64,000 nucleotides of DNA from Candidatus Obscuribacterales bacterium (GTDB taxonomy: Bacteria > Cyanobacteriota > Vampirovibrionia > Obscuribacterales > Obscuribacteraceae): assembly GCA_965228855.1 (NCBI GenBank), contig CBDDIJ010000005.1:1440001-1504000 (forward strand), read 5' to 3'. How positions within the stretch are numbered: the stretch's first letter is position 1; each line of letters starts with the position of its first letter. The translations under genes were made by a program, and so were the position numbers. Positions 8,958 through 19,325 of the stretch are shown piece after piece. The notes under the pieces are model-generated. The model searched no databases. It saw nothing but the letters and a program-made list of their open reading frames with translations, and was not told the DNA's origin.

Positions 8958-11900
8958 CTAATCGGGTGACCGTGCCTGCGCCACGGAAAGTGCGGAGGAT
9001 GGAACAGTCGCCGAAGCCTGGCTTGAAACAGGCGCACAGAGATGCAAAACCCCTCCCAGAAGCTCGTCGATCGTATTCGAGAGTTCACATTGCGGCTGCC
9101 CTTTCGTGAGATGCCGTGTAACGCCTAGAGTAAGCGCACTGCGTTCGTCTGCGCTCAAATCCCTGCCGGAATAAATCACCAGCGGGGTGCTCGCGGCGTC
9201 CTCATGCTTCAAAACTTCAACTACCTGAAAGCCGTCTACTTGAGGCAATTGAACGTCCAAAACAATTATATCGGGAGCCTCTTTTCGCGTTAGGTAGATA
9301 GCCTCAAGCCCGTCCTTAGCCTCGATGCATTGAAGTCCGGCAGCGCGCAGCTGGGTTCTCAGCACCGTACGCGTGTCACTGTCATCGTCGACGACTAGCA
9401 CCTTACACCTGCCCGGAATTTTAATCGCGCGCTCCACGGCGACAGCCAACCTCTGTGTATCAAAGGGCTTTAAAAGCCAATCAACAATCGTCGCATTTCC
9501 AACAAATTTATTTTCAGTCTGTTCACCGGTGCTCACGATGACTGGCGTATCTATGGTCTTGGGGTTCGCGCGCAAGAACTCGAGCAGATCCAGACCACAG
9601 CCATCCGGTAGATTCAAATCCAAGATCACTACATCCGGAACTGAGGTTCTAAGATACTTCTTCGCTTCAGCAAGCGATGCAGTCCGAACGAATCGGTAAC
9701 CTTGATGCCGGATAACGGCACCAACTACGGTGGCGAAATCATCATCATCTTCGACTAGCAGAACCTTCCCTTTCTGCCGGCCAATCGCCTTGAGCTCAGC
9801 CGAGATTCTGTTTGCAGGACAGTCTTCGAGCGGCAGTTCAAACCAGAAAGTTGTTCCCTCATTTACAACGCTGTCGAGACCGATGGTGCCCTGATGTTGA
9901 TCCACCAGAGCTCGACATATCGCAAGGCCCAGCCCAGTTCCACCCTTTTGCCGGGTATCAGACGAGTCGATCTGTTGAAACTTATCGAAAAGTTTCGGTT
10001 TGTTTTCCTCTGCGATACCGCATCCCTGATCGGACACAGTGAAGCGAACGCGCTGATTATCCACGACGAAAGCATCGAATTCGACGACGCCACCCTCCGG
10101 AGAGAATTTAATTGCATTGGATCCCAGGTTCGTCAGTATCTGCACAACTTTGTCAGGATCAGCAAATACGATTTCGCGACAGTCTGTTTTGCAAATCAAA
10201 CTGACCTTGGACTCCTCGGCGAATCCAAGCAGTGACTCCACAGTTTTGCGCACTGGATCAACGGCTTCGAGTTTTTGTTTATAAAACTCCATTTTGCCAG
10301 CTTCAATTTTCTTCAGATCGAGCATATCGTTGATCAGGCGAATAAGCCGATCGGATGAGCCTCTGGCGACAGTAATTAATTCCATAAGCTGCGGACTTTC
10401 CGGAGTTATTATTCCGCCTTCGATAAGCCCCAGAGCACCTCGAATCGACGTAAGAGGAGTGCGCAATTCATGCGAAACCATGGAGTAGAACTCGCTCACT
10501 CGCTTTTCAGCAGCTTTGCGCTCAGTGATGTCACGCATAAACACCGATCTTCCGATAACCTGCTTTCTCTCATCATAGATAGGCTCTATGCAGAGAGCAG
10601 CTTCAACTGTTCGCCCATCCTTCTTGAGGACGGGCGCCTCTATGGATAGCCGGTCCTGACAGCGCTTGAACGCATCGAGATGTTCAAAATAGTGATCGAG
10701 TTGAGCAGGCGGTACAAGCATTGACGAACGGCGCCCACAAACCTCTTCTGCTGTGTATCCAAGCAAGTCCTCCGCGCCTTTGTTCCAACTAAGGATGACA
10801 CCATCTATGGTTTCACTAACAATTCCTTCACTGGCGGAATTGACCACTTTCGCAAGCTGGCGATTGGCGTATTCCACGCGGCCGCGAACAACGAATTGAC
10901 CGATCTGATGCGCAATTCCATCGAGCATAACGGTGTCCAATTCTTCCAGCAAATGTTCATGTTGTATGCAGAACTCCAGGACGCCGTATACATCTCCTCC
11001 CGCGAAGATCGGAATGGCAATAACGGTTTCCACCGAGGTGTCCTCGGCAAATTTAGAATCAGCAGTAAAACCGGCGAGGTTTTCTTGATGAACGACTTGC
11101 CGAGAGTCGGCAGCCTGGCGGGCGTGTTTAAACTGGCGCAGTGTCGACAGCAATTCTTTTGAAACGCGTGGTTGATGCTTTCCGATACTGCTGCACAGCT
11201 GAACCTCAGAAATACAGACCAGATCTCGGGACGACGGATCTAGCTCCCACATCGAGGCGCAGACCAACCCAACATCATGAAACAAACCGTTCGAGAGAGG
11301 CCCGAGAATTCGTGGCGCCGCTTCCTGCATCGATTCGCAATCAGCTAAGATTCGGGATACGTTGTACTGCGTTGCCACCTGCAATTCGCTATCCTGTAGC
11401 TCTCGAGTGCGTTCCGCGACCACGACCTCGATTCCATCGCGGGTAAGCTCGATTTCCGCCTGTCGGCGAGCATTCTGGCGCATCTCTGTGACATTCTCTC
11501 GACACGAGTTCATCAAAAATACGTCTTCGAAAATCACCCAGGCTGAGTGCTCAACCCAACGCCAGGGTTCAATTGAGGATACGCCATAAATCGACTGGGG
11601 AAAGGAAATTCCACGCAGCACATGATCGCCTGCGACAATTACCGTCGCAGACAACAATACCCGCCAATCCCTGTAAAAACTCAAAAATGCTAACGATCCA
11701 AACACATGAAAGTGAGTTTCAATGCGCCCTCCCGTTAGATGAATAAGCAGCGCCGAGTAAAGCATTTGCGCCACTGCGATCACGTGACGCGTCAAATCCT
11801 GCCCTGCGTGCCGCATCGAGAGATAGATCGGCCAGAACACGATCAAACCACCCAAGACCACACTGGTCCAAACATGGATGTGAACATCGCTGTACACGCC

Positions 11901-12068
11901 GGTCCACGCCCGCGGTGAAACCAGAACAGCAACTGCTATCCCAGCAAACCACTCGAACGCGAGTAGCAATCCAAATAGTCTATCGACCTTCGCTCGCACC
12001 GCTTTAATCTGTTCATCGAACAAAGCTTCAGAACGCCTACTGAGCTTGTCCGCTATAGAATTCGTCAT
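8958..12068 (-). CDS. Hybrid sensor histidine kinase (TM-GAF-PAS-HisKA-HATPase-2xREC)
   Basis: SHELRTPL, NLGSNAIKF, GTGLGLAI; PAS (SWNKGAEDLLGY); two receiver domains with conserved Asp. Confidence 0.9.
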   Translation of the reverse strand: MTNSIADKLSRRSEALFDEQIKAVRAKVDRLFGLLLAFEWFAGIAVAVLVSPRAWTGVYSDVHIHVWTSVVLGGLIVFWPIYLSMRHAGQDLTRHVIAVAQMLYSALLIHLTGGRIETHFHVFGSLAFLSFYRDWRVLLSATVIVAGDHVLRGISFPQSIYGVSSIEPWRWVEHSAWVIFEDVFLMNSCRENVTEMRQNARRQAEIELTRDGIEVVVAERTRELQDSELQVATQYNVSRILADCESMQEAAPRILGPLSNGLFHDVGLVCASMWELDPSSRDLVCISEVQLCSSIGKHQPRVSKELLSTLRQFKHARQAADSRQVVHQENLAGFTADSKFAEDTSVETVIAIPIFAGGDVYGVLEFCIQHEHLLEELDTVMLDGIAHQIGQFVVRGRVEYANRQLAKVVNSASEGIVSETIDGVILSWNKGAEDLLGYTAEEVCGRRSSMLVPPAQLDHYFEHLDAFKRCQDRLSIEAPVLKKDGRTVEAALCIEPIYDERKQVIGRSVFMRDITERKAAEKRVSEFYSMVSHELRTPLTSIRGALGLIEGGIITPESPQLMELITVARGSSDRLIRLINDMLDLKKIEAGKMEFYKQKLEAVDPVRKTVESLLGFAEESKVSLICKTDCREIVFADPDKVVQILTNLGSNAIKFSPEGGVVEFDAFVVDNQRVRFTVSDQGCGIAEENKPKLFDKFQQIDSSDTRQKGGTGLGLAICRALVDQHQGTIGLDSVVNEGTTFWFELPLEDCPANRISAELKAIGRQKGKVLLVEDDDDFATVVGAVIRHQGYRFVRTASLAEAKKYLRTSVPDVVILDLNLPDGCGLDLLEFLRANPKTIDTPVIVSTGEQTENKFVGNATIVDWLLKPFDTQRLAVAVERAIKIPGRCKVLVVDDDSDTRTVLRTQLRAAGLQCIEAKDGLEAIYLTRKEAPDIIVLDVQLPQVDGFQVVEVLKHEDAASTPLVIYSGRDLSADERSALTLGVTRHLTKGQPQCELSNTIDELLGGVLHLCAPVSSQASATVPSSALSVAQARSPD

Positions 12069-12736
12069 TTACCAATTTCCTGTCCTACTGCGATTTCACA
12101 CTCAACCGGGTTTCCCAATGAGCAGCCAAAAACACCAGTCCTCGGGCAGCGTTGATCGCCATCTCTGACGATGGCAACAACGCTGTCCAAACCCTGGTTG
12201 TCGCCTTCATGTCCTCGGCTGCCAGTTATCCCCCCAACAAAGAGCAATTTGCCGTCGCCGCCAAACAACAGCGTCTCGCCGGACGTCGTAGCTTTGAACC
12301 GGCGGGACTCTCTAGCCCCGTCATCGGAAAAGACCTTCACACCTTGAATCTCAGAAGCGCGCCGCCAGTAGCTCGTCTTTTCCCAGTTTTGTTCAACCCC
12401 GTCCGGTTTGAGGAACACCGCATAGGCATTAACGTTCGGAGAACAGCGCGTCATTAGAATTGCCAACTCGCTCAAGCTGGCGTTCGTGCACGGACACTTT
12501 GGATGTATGAACATCACGAGATTCATCTTCCCGGTCGCCAACTCCAGAGCTGAGCCGCTAGGCCACACGGCCGGCGGTGGAACAACCTTTGCCGGCTTCG
12601 CCTCATAGGCAAGGAAGTGTGCATAGGCAACCAACACGGCGCATACCCACACCAGGCTCACGACCATAAACGGGAATAATTGACGGACCGGTTGCTGAGC
12701 CGTCTTGTCGCGATCAGAGATCCAAACAGAGTTCAT
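12065..12736 (-). CDS. RedB-like membrane-anchored thioredoxin-fold protein
   Basis: MFIHPKCPCTNASL, GGITGSRGHEGDN and VFGC motifs resemble proteins annotated RedB; stop overlaps the kinase start. Confidence 0.6.
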   Translation of the reverse strand: MNSVWISDRDKTAQQPVRQLFPFMVVSLVWVCAVLVAYAHFLAYEAKPAKVVPPPAVWPSGSALELATGKMNLVMFIHPKCPCTNASLSELAILMTRCSPNVNAYAVFLKPDGVEQNWEKTSYWRRASEIQGVKVFSDDGARESRRFKATTSGETLLFGGDGKLLFVGGITGSRGHEGDNQGLDSVVAIVRDGDQRCPRTGVFGCSLGNPVECEIAVGQEIGK

Positions 12737-12751
12737 TCAATGCCACCATAT

Positions 12752-13171
12752 TCAGTGCACAAACACCTGTCCTAATATCTGCTTTATCTCGCCGGGCAAA
12801 GTCAACGGGTCGAACGGTTTACTGATAACGCCGGCAGCGCCGAGCTCGCAATAACTCGCGACCTCTGCTGTTTGGACTTTAGCCGTCATAAAAATTACCG
12901 GTGTTTGCGCCACTTCTTCCATCTCTCGCAGCTTCTGAAACGTCGTCGGTCCATCCATTCCCGGCATCATCACATCGAGCAATATGACATCGGGTTTGAA
13001 CTCCGAAATCAAAGCGAGTGCTTTGTTGCCGGAGTCGACGGTCTTCACCCCCCATTTGCCAACCTTAGACAAACTGATTTCCGCGATCATCAAAATAGAC
13101 AGGTCGTCGTCGACCATCAAAACTTTTTCTATTTCCATCCGCCGCACCCCCGTGCTCCCCATCTCAATCAT
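12752..13171 (-). CDS. Single-domain response regulator
   Basis: VLMVDDD, LLDVMMPGMDG, FMTA, KPF; the true start may be ATG 13138. Confidence 0.9.
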   Translation of the reverse strand: MIEMGSTGVRRMEIEKVLMVDDDLSILMIAEISLSKVGKWGVKTVDSGNKALALISEFKPDVILLDVMMPGMDGPTTFQKLREMEEVAQTPVIFMTAKVQTAEVASYCELGAAGVISKPFDPLTLPGEIKQILGQVFVH

Positions 13172-13277
13172 CGACCAGATGGCGCTTCTGGCGCATCACC
13201 CATATGGGCGTAACCGCAGGTGATTAAACAGGCTGACGAATCAACCGATCGAGTAATTTCGCCGACACCAGTAGAAG

Positions 13278-14303
13278 TTAGGAGAGCTGTTTCAACACCC
13301 AGAGGAGCTTTTCCTTCACGCGCTTTCGATGCGGAGAGCCGTCCTGCTTGTGTTTGAAGACCGAATAATTGGCAATAAACTGATCGTAGTTTTCGCTAAG
13401 CATTTCGACATTCGAATACTTCGGCTTCCAGCCAAGCGCTGTAAGCGGTTTCAAATCGAAGTAGAAATCTTCGCCGTAAGTCAAATAGTGCCAGGGCGCC
13501 AGGGGGCTGAGCCCAAACTTATCGAGCGCTTGCAGTGTTTCAATCGCCAGATGCTTCGGCAAATGTTTTACTTTCGTGTCGGTGCCCGCATGCTGGATGA
13601 GCGCAGTAAGAGTCTCTTCCAGCGTTCCGAACCGATCGGTTCCAACATTGTAAAACCCCGGTCTCTCTTGCCGGCAGAGAAACATATAGCAATCAATCAG
13701 ATCATCGGCATGTAAAAACTGAATCTTGTTTTTGCCGTCGCCCAGCACATAGATGTTTCGCCCCTCCTTGATCCACTCGAACAAAATCTGAAATATGCCG
13801 AGACGCCCGGTACCAATTAGAGTTCGCGGTCTAACGACAATCAGTGGCATGTTGTGTTGCTTCGCTACCTCTTCGACTGCGCGCTCGCCCTGGAGTTTCG
13901 AGAGACCATACTTTTCGACCGGCTTCAATGGCGTCTCGTTACCAGCTGGGCATGGGGGTTTACCGAATATCGCACTGGAGCTAGTGTGCACAAAATACTT
14001 CACACCAGCGCGCGCCGCCTCTTCTGCAACGATTCGGCTACCTTCAACGTTTACTTCGTTAAACTTGTCATTCTGCTTGGTGAGCGGCACGAGCGCCGCA
14101 GTGTGATGAACAACCTCGACATCCTTCATCAGACGCCGCACTAAATCGCGGTCCAGAACGCTGCCCAAAACGAACTCAACATCCGGTAACTGATCCGGCG
14201 CTTCCCAAACATCGAGCGACACCACCTGAATGCCCTTGGACAGGAGGCTTTCAGCGATCACCATTCCAAGAAATCCGCAACCTCCGGTAATTAAGTGCTT
14301 CAT
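13278..14303 (-). CDS. NAD-dependent epimerase/dehydratase (extended SDR)
   Basis: TGGCGFLG, YGLSK, RPRTLIG. Confidence 0.85.
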   Translation of the reverse strand: MKHLITGGCGFLGMVIAESLLSKGIQVVSLDVWEAPDQLPDVEFVLGSVLDRDLVRRLMKDVEVVHHTAALVPLTKQNDKFNEVNVEGSRIVAEEAARAGVKYFVHTSSSAIFGKPPCPAGNETPLKPVEKYGLSKLQGERAVEEVAKQHNMPLIVVRPRTLIGTGRLGIFQILFEWIKEGRNIYVLGDGKNKIQFLHADDLIDCYMFLCRQERPGFYNVGTDRFGTLEETLTALIQHAGTDTKVKHLPKHLAIETLQALDKFGLSPLAPWHYLTYGEDFYFDLKPLTALGWKPKYSNVEMLSENYDQFIANYSVFKHKQDGSPHRKRVKEKLLWVLKQLS

Positions 14304-14423
14304 CTCCCGCTCTTGTAATCTCCCCTGGGTTGTTCGTCCAATTAACTGTGATATCGTTGTGGGTGTATTCTCGCATGGTTTCCCTACCTCAGGTTCGAGG
14401 TCCTGGGCAATGGAGTTGTCGCT

Positions 14424-15383
14424 TTGACCTCTGATTCGAACACGATAGCAAGCGGACGCAGAGTAACCCTTGTCGTTCCTGGAAGTACCAGCAATTTGGG
14501 ACCCGGACTCGACACAATAGGACTGGCTCTAAACATTCAGAGCAAAATGACCTTCCACGTTGCGGACGAGAGCGAGGCGGCGAACATGCCCTTCGTCAAA
14601 CTATCAGGCGCTATAAGGAAAAGCCAGCCAGAGGACCAGGGAAAGCTCGTATACACGATTTTGAGCAAGATCTGGGAGCACGACAATGACCTGTTGAAGC
14701 GCGTGCGCATCACTGTGCAATCTGACATCCCGCTCGGTTGCGGGCTAGGCAGCTCGGCGAGCAGCATACTGGGCGCGCTGTGGGCGTCGTCGGTTTTTTG
14801 CGATAAAATTCCCACCGCTCAAACACTTCTCGCTGAAGGATGCGCTCTGGAAGGGCATCCGGAAACGCTTGCTGCAAGCCTCTACGGCGGCATGGTCGTT
14901 TGCGCGCCGAGCGTCAACGGTAATCGCATAATCACACAACAGATAGCCTGGCCGGACGATTGGCATATTCTGGCAGTGATTCCCGATTACACTTTGCACA
15001 CGGCGGACCTCCGAGCAGCGCTGCCCAAGCAGGTTAAACTAGAAGACGCAATCTTCAACGCCCAACGCGTCGGGCTCCTGGTCGCCGCCGTCACGCGCAG
15101 CGACGAATCGGCGATGAAAGAAGCGCTCAACGACAGGCTTCATGAACAATACCGCGAAAAATTTGTTCCGGAACTGAAACAGCTGCGCCGCGAACTCGTC
15201 AACGACCCTGTGATCGGCTGCGTCCTCAGCGGCGCCGGCTCGTCATGCGTCATCATCGTGAAAAGCAAGAAGAAAGAACAGGTAAAAGAACGCCTCGAAC
15301 ACTTCGCCCAAACCGCCGAAAAACCCCACCGCATCCTGGACCTCCAGGTCGCCAAAGAAGGCATGCAAGAACTCGAAATTTAG
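14424..15383 (+). CDS. thrB: Homoserine kinase
   Basis: VPGSTSNLGPGLD, IPLGCGLGSSAS GHMP motif, EGHPE, DRLHEQYR, LSGAGSS. Confidence 0.9.
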   Translation: MTSDSNTIASGRRVTLVVPGSTSNLGPGLDTIGLALNIQSKMTFHVADESEAANMPFVKLSGAIRKSQPEDQGKLVYTILSKIWEHDNDLLKRVRITVQSDIPLGCGLGSSASSILGALWASSVFCDKIPTAQTLLAEGCALEGHPETLAASLYGGMVVCAPSVNGNRIITQQIAWPDDWHILAVIPDYTLHTADLRAALPKQVKLEDAIFNAQRVGLLVAAVTRSDESAMKEALNDRLHEQYREKFVPELKQLRRELVNDPVIGCVLSGAGSSCVIIVKSKKKEQVKERLEHFAQTAEKPHRILDLQVAKEGMQELEI

Positions 15384-15395
15384 AAAAAATTTTTA

Positions 15396-15514
15396 TCTAC
15401 TATATACCAGAGTATCAACATTTCCCCAAAACCCCTGTCCAGCCAGCCTTTCCAACCTCAGTCCTCCGTTTCAGGCTCAGTTTGGCTATCCCACGATGAC
15501 GGAATTCGCGAAAT
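15396..15514. repeat. Dispersed ~115-nt intergenic repeat, copy A (unoccupied)
   Basis: Shares colinear blocks TCTACTATAT, CCCAAA, GTCCAG, CTTTCC, TTTGGCTATCC and ATGACGGA with 21298-21410 joined to 22676-22690. Confidence 0.6.
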
Positions 15515-15649
15515 CTGTCTATGCCTGATAGACACCCAGAAGCGCTGCCAACAACACGCACGTCTTCTGGCGTCGCGAGTTTGCGAACGAAGCAACAAAA
15601 CACATAGGAGGTTCAGTCGGTCCGGAAAAGAACTTCGTCTTCTACTGAT

Positions 15650-16012
15650 TCACCAGCTGCCCCGGAATAAGTTTAAGGCGCTTGTGAGCGCAATGGCGAG
15701 TACGTAGGCGAAGAGACAAATCGTCACTCCGAACAAGCAAAATTTATAGAACCCGCTGCGAAGTTCGTACCCCCTATCTTTCGCGAAGACGTGTAGCAAC
15801 AATCGAACCGGCGGCAAAATCAAAAAAGATAGGAAGAACCGCAGGCTCCAGCCGTCGTTGAAGCCCCACGTGAATCCGAGCACCAAGCAAAAGAAAATCA
15901 GAGCGACGTAAATCGTCCTGGCACGAAGACGCTTCGCCAGATCCACAGCCACCACTAAGGTAGTTGCTATCCAGCCGAGGTAAAAAGCGACAATACAATA
16001 GACCACACTCAT
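15650..16012 (-). CDS. Small multi-pass membrane protein, paralog array member 1
   Basis: Hydrophobic; WIATT..RTIYVAL..LGFTW..LPPVRLLLH..GYELR..YKF shared with 17970-18344. Confidence 0.7.
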   Translation of the reverse strand: MSVVYCIVAFYLGWIATTLVVAVDLAKRLRARTIYVALIFFCLVLGFTWGFNDGWSLRFFLSFLILPPVRLLLHVFAKDRGYELRSGFYKFCLFGVTICLFAYVLAIALTSALNLFRGSW

Positions 16013-16050
16013 ACGCCACCACCAACGACACCACCGAACAGACTAGACCT

Positions 16051-16452
16051 TCAACCATGCGACGGCATATTTTGAAACGCCCAGGTCGCGAGCATCGTCA
16101 ACCCCAATGCCGACATTACGCTCGCCCCAAACACCGCGCGGCGATACAGCGCAAACTGACCCAGGTAATCACCTTTTGCTTTGTTCAAGAAATACACCAC
16201 TGTTCTCACCGGAGCAATCGCCAGGAAAAACACCGGGAGGTACTCAACAATCGCCCACGCCTGCGACCAAAGAAAACCAATCGTCAGGAAACTCCCCATC
16301 AAAATCAGGTAAATCGTTCGCGCCTTAAACCGAAAAGAATGGCAGAAAAACTCAACGCAGATCGCGCCCACGACCGCAAAATAAGCGGCGGCGAGAATCG
16401 TCAGAAAGAACGAAAGTGCAAAACCGATTGCTACTATGCCTAAACCGTTCAC
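16051..16452 (-). CDS. Small multi-pass membrane protein, paralog array member 2
   Basis: VEF..ARTIYL..IGFLW..IAPVR..Y pattern; GAGGG RBS-like sequence upstream. Confidence 0.7.
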   Translation of the reverse strand: MNGLGIVAIGFALSFFLTILAAAYFAVVGAICVEFFCHSFRFKARTIYLILMGSFLTIGFLWSQAWAIVEYLPVFFLAIAPVRTVVYFLNKAKGDYLGQFALYRRAVFGASVMSALGLTMLATWAFQNMPSHG

Positions 16453-16563
16453 AAGCAGAGTCCCTCGATGAATTTGACTCGACCTACTCCTTGTTCTTGA
16501 GTCTAAAACGATCTTACAAGCTCCTTGATTTGTACGCTTGCCTCACCTATCATCCGTTTCCCT

Positions 16564-16959
16564 TCAACGCGCCAGGCTGACGTACAACACCATAACGATC
16601 CCAGTAAGAGCGAGAATCACAGCAACAAAACCCGCAGGAACCGACGAACTCATCACGAGAGTTTTGTACCTGGGATGCGTGAACAGCCTGTCATTTTCTG
16701 GCTTTATAAAGCGGCTTACAAACAACCTGAGCGGACAAAGTCCCAAAATTGCAACTCCCAAAAGGATCGCTCCCCAACAACTGTTCCATGTGAGTCCGAA
16801 AATCACAGAGAGTGCGACGAGGCTTGCATAAAAGTAAGTGGGGTGCGTTTTTGCGACAAGCGAGCCAAGCTCAGCTGCGACATAGATCGTGGTACCGAGC
16901 CAAACAAGCACAAAGGTTCCGGCGGTCAAGCAAACGAAAACTATAGCCAGTTGTCCCAT
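16564..16959 (-). CDS. Small multi-pass membrane protein, paralog array member 3
   Basis: WLGTT..Y..FGLTW..LCPLRL..YK..SSVP. Confidence 0.7.
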   Translation of the reverse strand: MGQLAIVFVCLTAGTFVLVWLGTTIYVAAELGSLVAKTHPTYFYASLVALSVIFGLTWNSCWGAILLGVAILGLCPLRLFVSRFIKPENDRLFTHPRYKTLVMSSSVPAGFVAVILALTGIVMVLYVSLAR

Positions 16960-17037
16960 TGTTCACTTACCGTCTAAAGGTCCTGAAACCTATTGTACAG
17001 CGAGGTGACGAATGGAGGTAACTTGCACCACATGTCG

Positions 17038-17688
17038 TCACGGTAGCGGTATATTCGGTCCTCGACGGAATTTGTCAGGGTCAGTATCAGCTCCCAGCCC
17101 AAATCTTCTTTGCCACTTCAGCGGAACAGAAATGCGCTGTTTCACATCGCCGTTCCATTCAGGCTTGAAACCGTTCTCGCGCATAACATCGCAAATCTCT
17201 TGCGCTATCGAAACACCATCAAAACCCTCACAAGCCGAATGTGCAAGCCAAAGTTCACGCCCGGCAATCGCACCTTCGACGTCCTGCCCGTGATAGACGC
17301 AGCCGCCGCGAACCTTCGACACCAGTCCCGCCGCCTTCCACTCGTCGTAAACCAGCTCATTCCAATCAGACCAGGCATCGCTCATAGTGTAGCCCAAGTT
17401 CTCAGCACTCAAAATACCGCGGGACGTCAGCTTTTCGAACGCTTTTGTCAAACGGTCGCAATCGGTTTCATCCGGCCAAGTGCGCTCTGCTTCAGCCTTT
17501 TTATCGAACTCCTGCTGCACCAGGGTCGAAACCAACTCCTCATCGACCTCGTCTGGTGGCTCGTCCGAGAATTGCCCCTCCTCTACCGCCTCGAGCGCAG
17601 CTTCAAGAATTTCCTCGGGCGTGCAAAAACCGCTCCAGACCTGTAACGGAAGGAAGTTCTCCTTCAGTTCAACATACGCTTCGTGCAT
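17038..17688 (-). CDS. DUF6891-like hypothetical protein
   Basis: WPDETDCDRLTKAFEKL..GI...ENLGYTMSD..YHGQD..WNG....RI...L.WQRR pattern; start reassigned to ATG 17688. Confidence 0.65.
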   Translation of the reverse strand: MHEAYVELKENFLPLQVWSGFCTPEEILEAALEAVEEGQFSDEPPDEVDEELVSTLVQQEFDKKAEAERTWPDETDCDRLTKAFEKLTSRGILSAENLGYTMSDAWSDWNELVYDEWKAAGLVSKVRGGCVYHGQDVEGAIAGRELWLAHSACEGFDGVSIAQEICDVMRENGFKPEWNGDVKQRISVPLKWQRRFGLGADTDPDKFRRGPNIPLP

Positions 17689-17969
17689 TCTAAAAACCCT
17701 TTTTTCACGTAGCCATATTTTACCGCTGACGAAGTCGATGCCTGCGTCAATAGCTATTGAAATTTGGCGCAATTTTACCATTCGCGCTAAGCTTGAGGTT
17801 GAATCTCTGTTCGGCACTTAACTGCGATTTTCTTCGAAGATTGTATGTCGCAATTGCCTTCTTGGAGATCCAAAACACGACCACCTGAGGATACAACCTA
17901 TGCGAGCGATCGCACCACAAAACCTCACCGTATGTGGTGCCATCCTCCTCTAACTGCCGTGGTGTTGCG

Positions 17970-18344
17970 ATGTTGTTCATGTTGGTTATTGCATTACTTG
18001 GTCTCTACGTGTTTTTCTGGATCGGCACAACTTGTATCATCGTTGTAGAATTCGCTAGACAGTTCAGCACGAGAACTTTGTACCTGGCCTTAATCACCCT
18101 TTTTCTGCTGCTTGGTCTCACTTGGTGTTCAAATTCACCAGCATGGTGCCTAGGAGGAGTATGCGCCAGTTGCTTCGTTCTTCCGGCGGTGCGGCTTTGG
18201 TTGCACCTTTCATTTGCGTCGGAAGGCTACGAACTTCGAGGCGACAGAGGCTACAAGTTTCTTGTCTACGGGTCAACCATTCCAATTTGCACGGTCTTCA
18301 CGCTGATCTTCATATCGCTTCTGTTCATTGCCATGAAAACATAA
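17970..18344 (+). CDS. Small multi-pass membrane protein, paralog array member 4 (inverted)
   Basis: WIGTT..VEF..RTLYLAL..LGLTW..LPAVRLWLH..GYELR..YKF. Confidence 0.7.
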   Translation: MLFMLVIALLGLYVFFWIGTTCIIVVEFARQFSTRTLYLALITLFLLLGLTWCSNSPAWCLGGVCASCFVLPAVRLWLHLSFASEGYELRGDRGYKFLVYGSTIPICTVFTLIFISLLFIAMKT

Positions 18345-18446
18345 TTCAACCACAGCGCTGTCGATGGAGCGTTCTGATGCGGCGATGACACCTACCAGTG
18401 CTATCGGATTCTTTGAATAGCAAGACAACTTGAGTAGCCTTTCAGC

Positions 18447-18842
18447 TCACAGCGAAACAAGCCAAACTATTGCCACTGCGCAAAGTCCTAGGATTGACAC
18501 CGTCGCGCTAAAGAACACTCCATAACAGAAAAACTGATTTTGGTCTAACCAGTCTTTAGCAGACGATGCTGGGTTCCGGCGCGCAGCAGCGAGAACTCGA
18601 AGCGGAGCAATTAACAGCACAGGGACTTCGACGACTAGCGCGTTATCGAAGCGAAACCAAAGCAATCCAATGGCCGTACTAGCGAAAATGACGAAGAGAT
18701 ACAACCTCCAGCTTTTGTATCTGCCCAATTTCAGAACGAACTCAACTACTATTGCCAGCTGAATACAGATATAAGCGAGCGGCAAAAGCGCTGCCAGCGC
18801 CAGCGAAATAGGTCCCACCCAATTGGCAGAAATCGATCCCAT
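18447..18842 (-). CDS. Small multi-pass membrane protein, paralog array member 5
   Basis: VVEF..RLYL..IGLLW..IAPLR pattern. Confidence 0.65.
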   Translation of the reverse strand: MGSISANWVGPISLALAALLPLAYICIQLAIVVEFVLKLGRYKSWRLYLFVIFASTAIGLLWFRFDNALVVEVPVLLIAPLRVLAAARRNPASSAKDWLDQNQFFCYGVFFSATVSILGLCAVAIVWLVSL

Positions 18843-18917
18843 AGCATTATGCTAGCGCAACATAAGATTGAGTGCTCCAGCACAGGCAATCGCGTTCTGG
18901 CAACGACACTTAGCTTT

Positions 18918-19325
18918 TCACGTGCCCAAAAGTGACGTTAAGAACGTGAATCCGTAGACAAATGCGACTCCTGCTCCAGCCAAACCCATCAACCCGGTCG
19001 GAACACTTGAAAGAACGAGCATCCATCTGTAATCCGAATTTGCTACAACCGGGTCTCTCGGAATTTGCACCACACGGGAGAGTAAAAGACGGAGGGGACA
19101 TATAGAAATTGCGAGACACAGAAGAAAAAAACAGCTCCAGGGCTTGTTCCATAAGAGTCCGCAAAGAGCCGACAGAGCTATGACTAGGCGGTTGCGTATT
19201 GCCTGGACGCCGATTTTGTTTGCGCCCCAGTAGTCGCGACAAACTCCACATCGCGACAGCTCGCGCCCGCTCCGCAAACGCCCGCTAATTGTTAACAGAT
19301 CAAAAAGAGATCTCCGAGTTCTCAT
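18918..19325 (-). pseudogene. Paralog array member 6, probably degraded at its 5' end
   Basis: C-terminal two-thirds match member 3 (GLLWN..W..ICPLRL..SSVP); the N-terminal frame is non-hydrophobic, and the family-like VEF...QYAT lies in another frame that contains stops. Confidence 0.5.
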
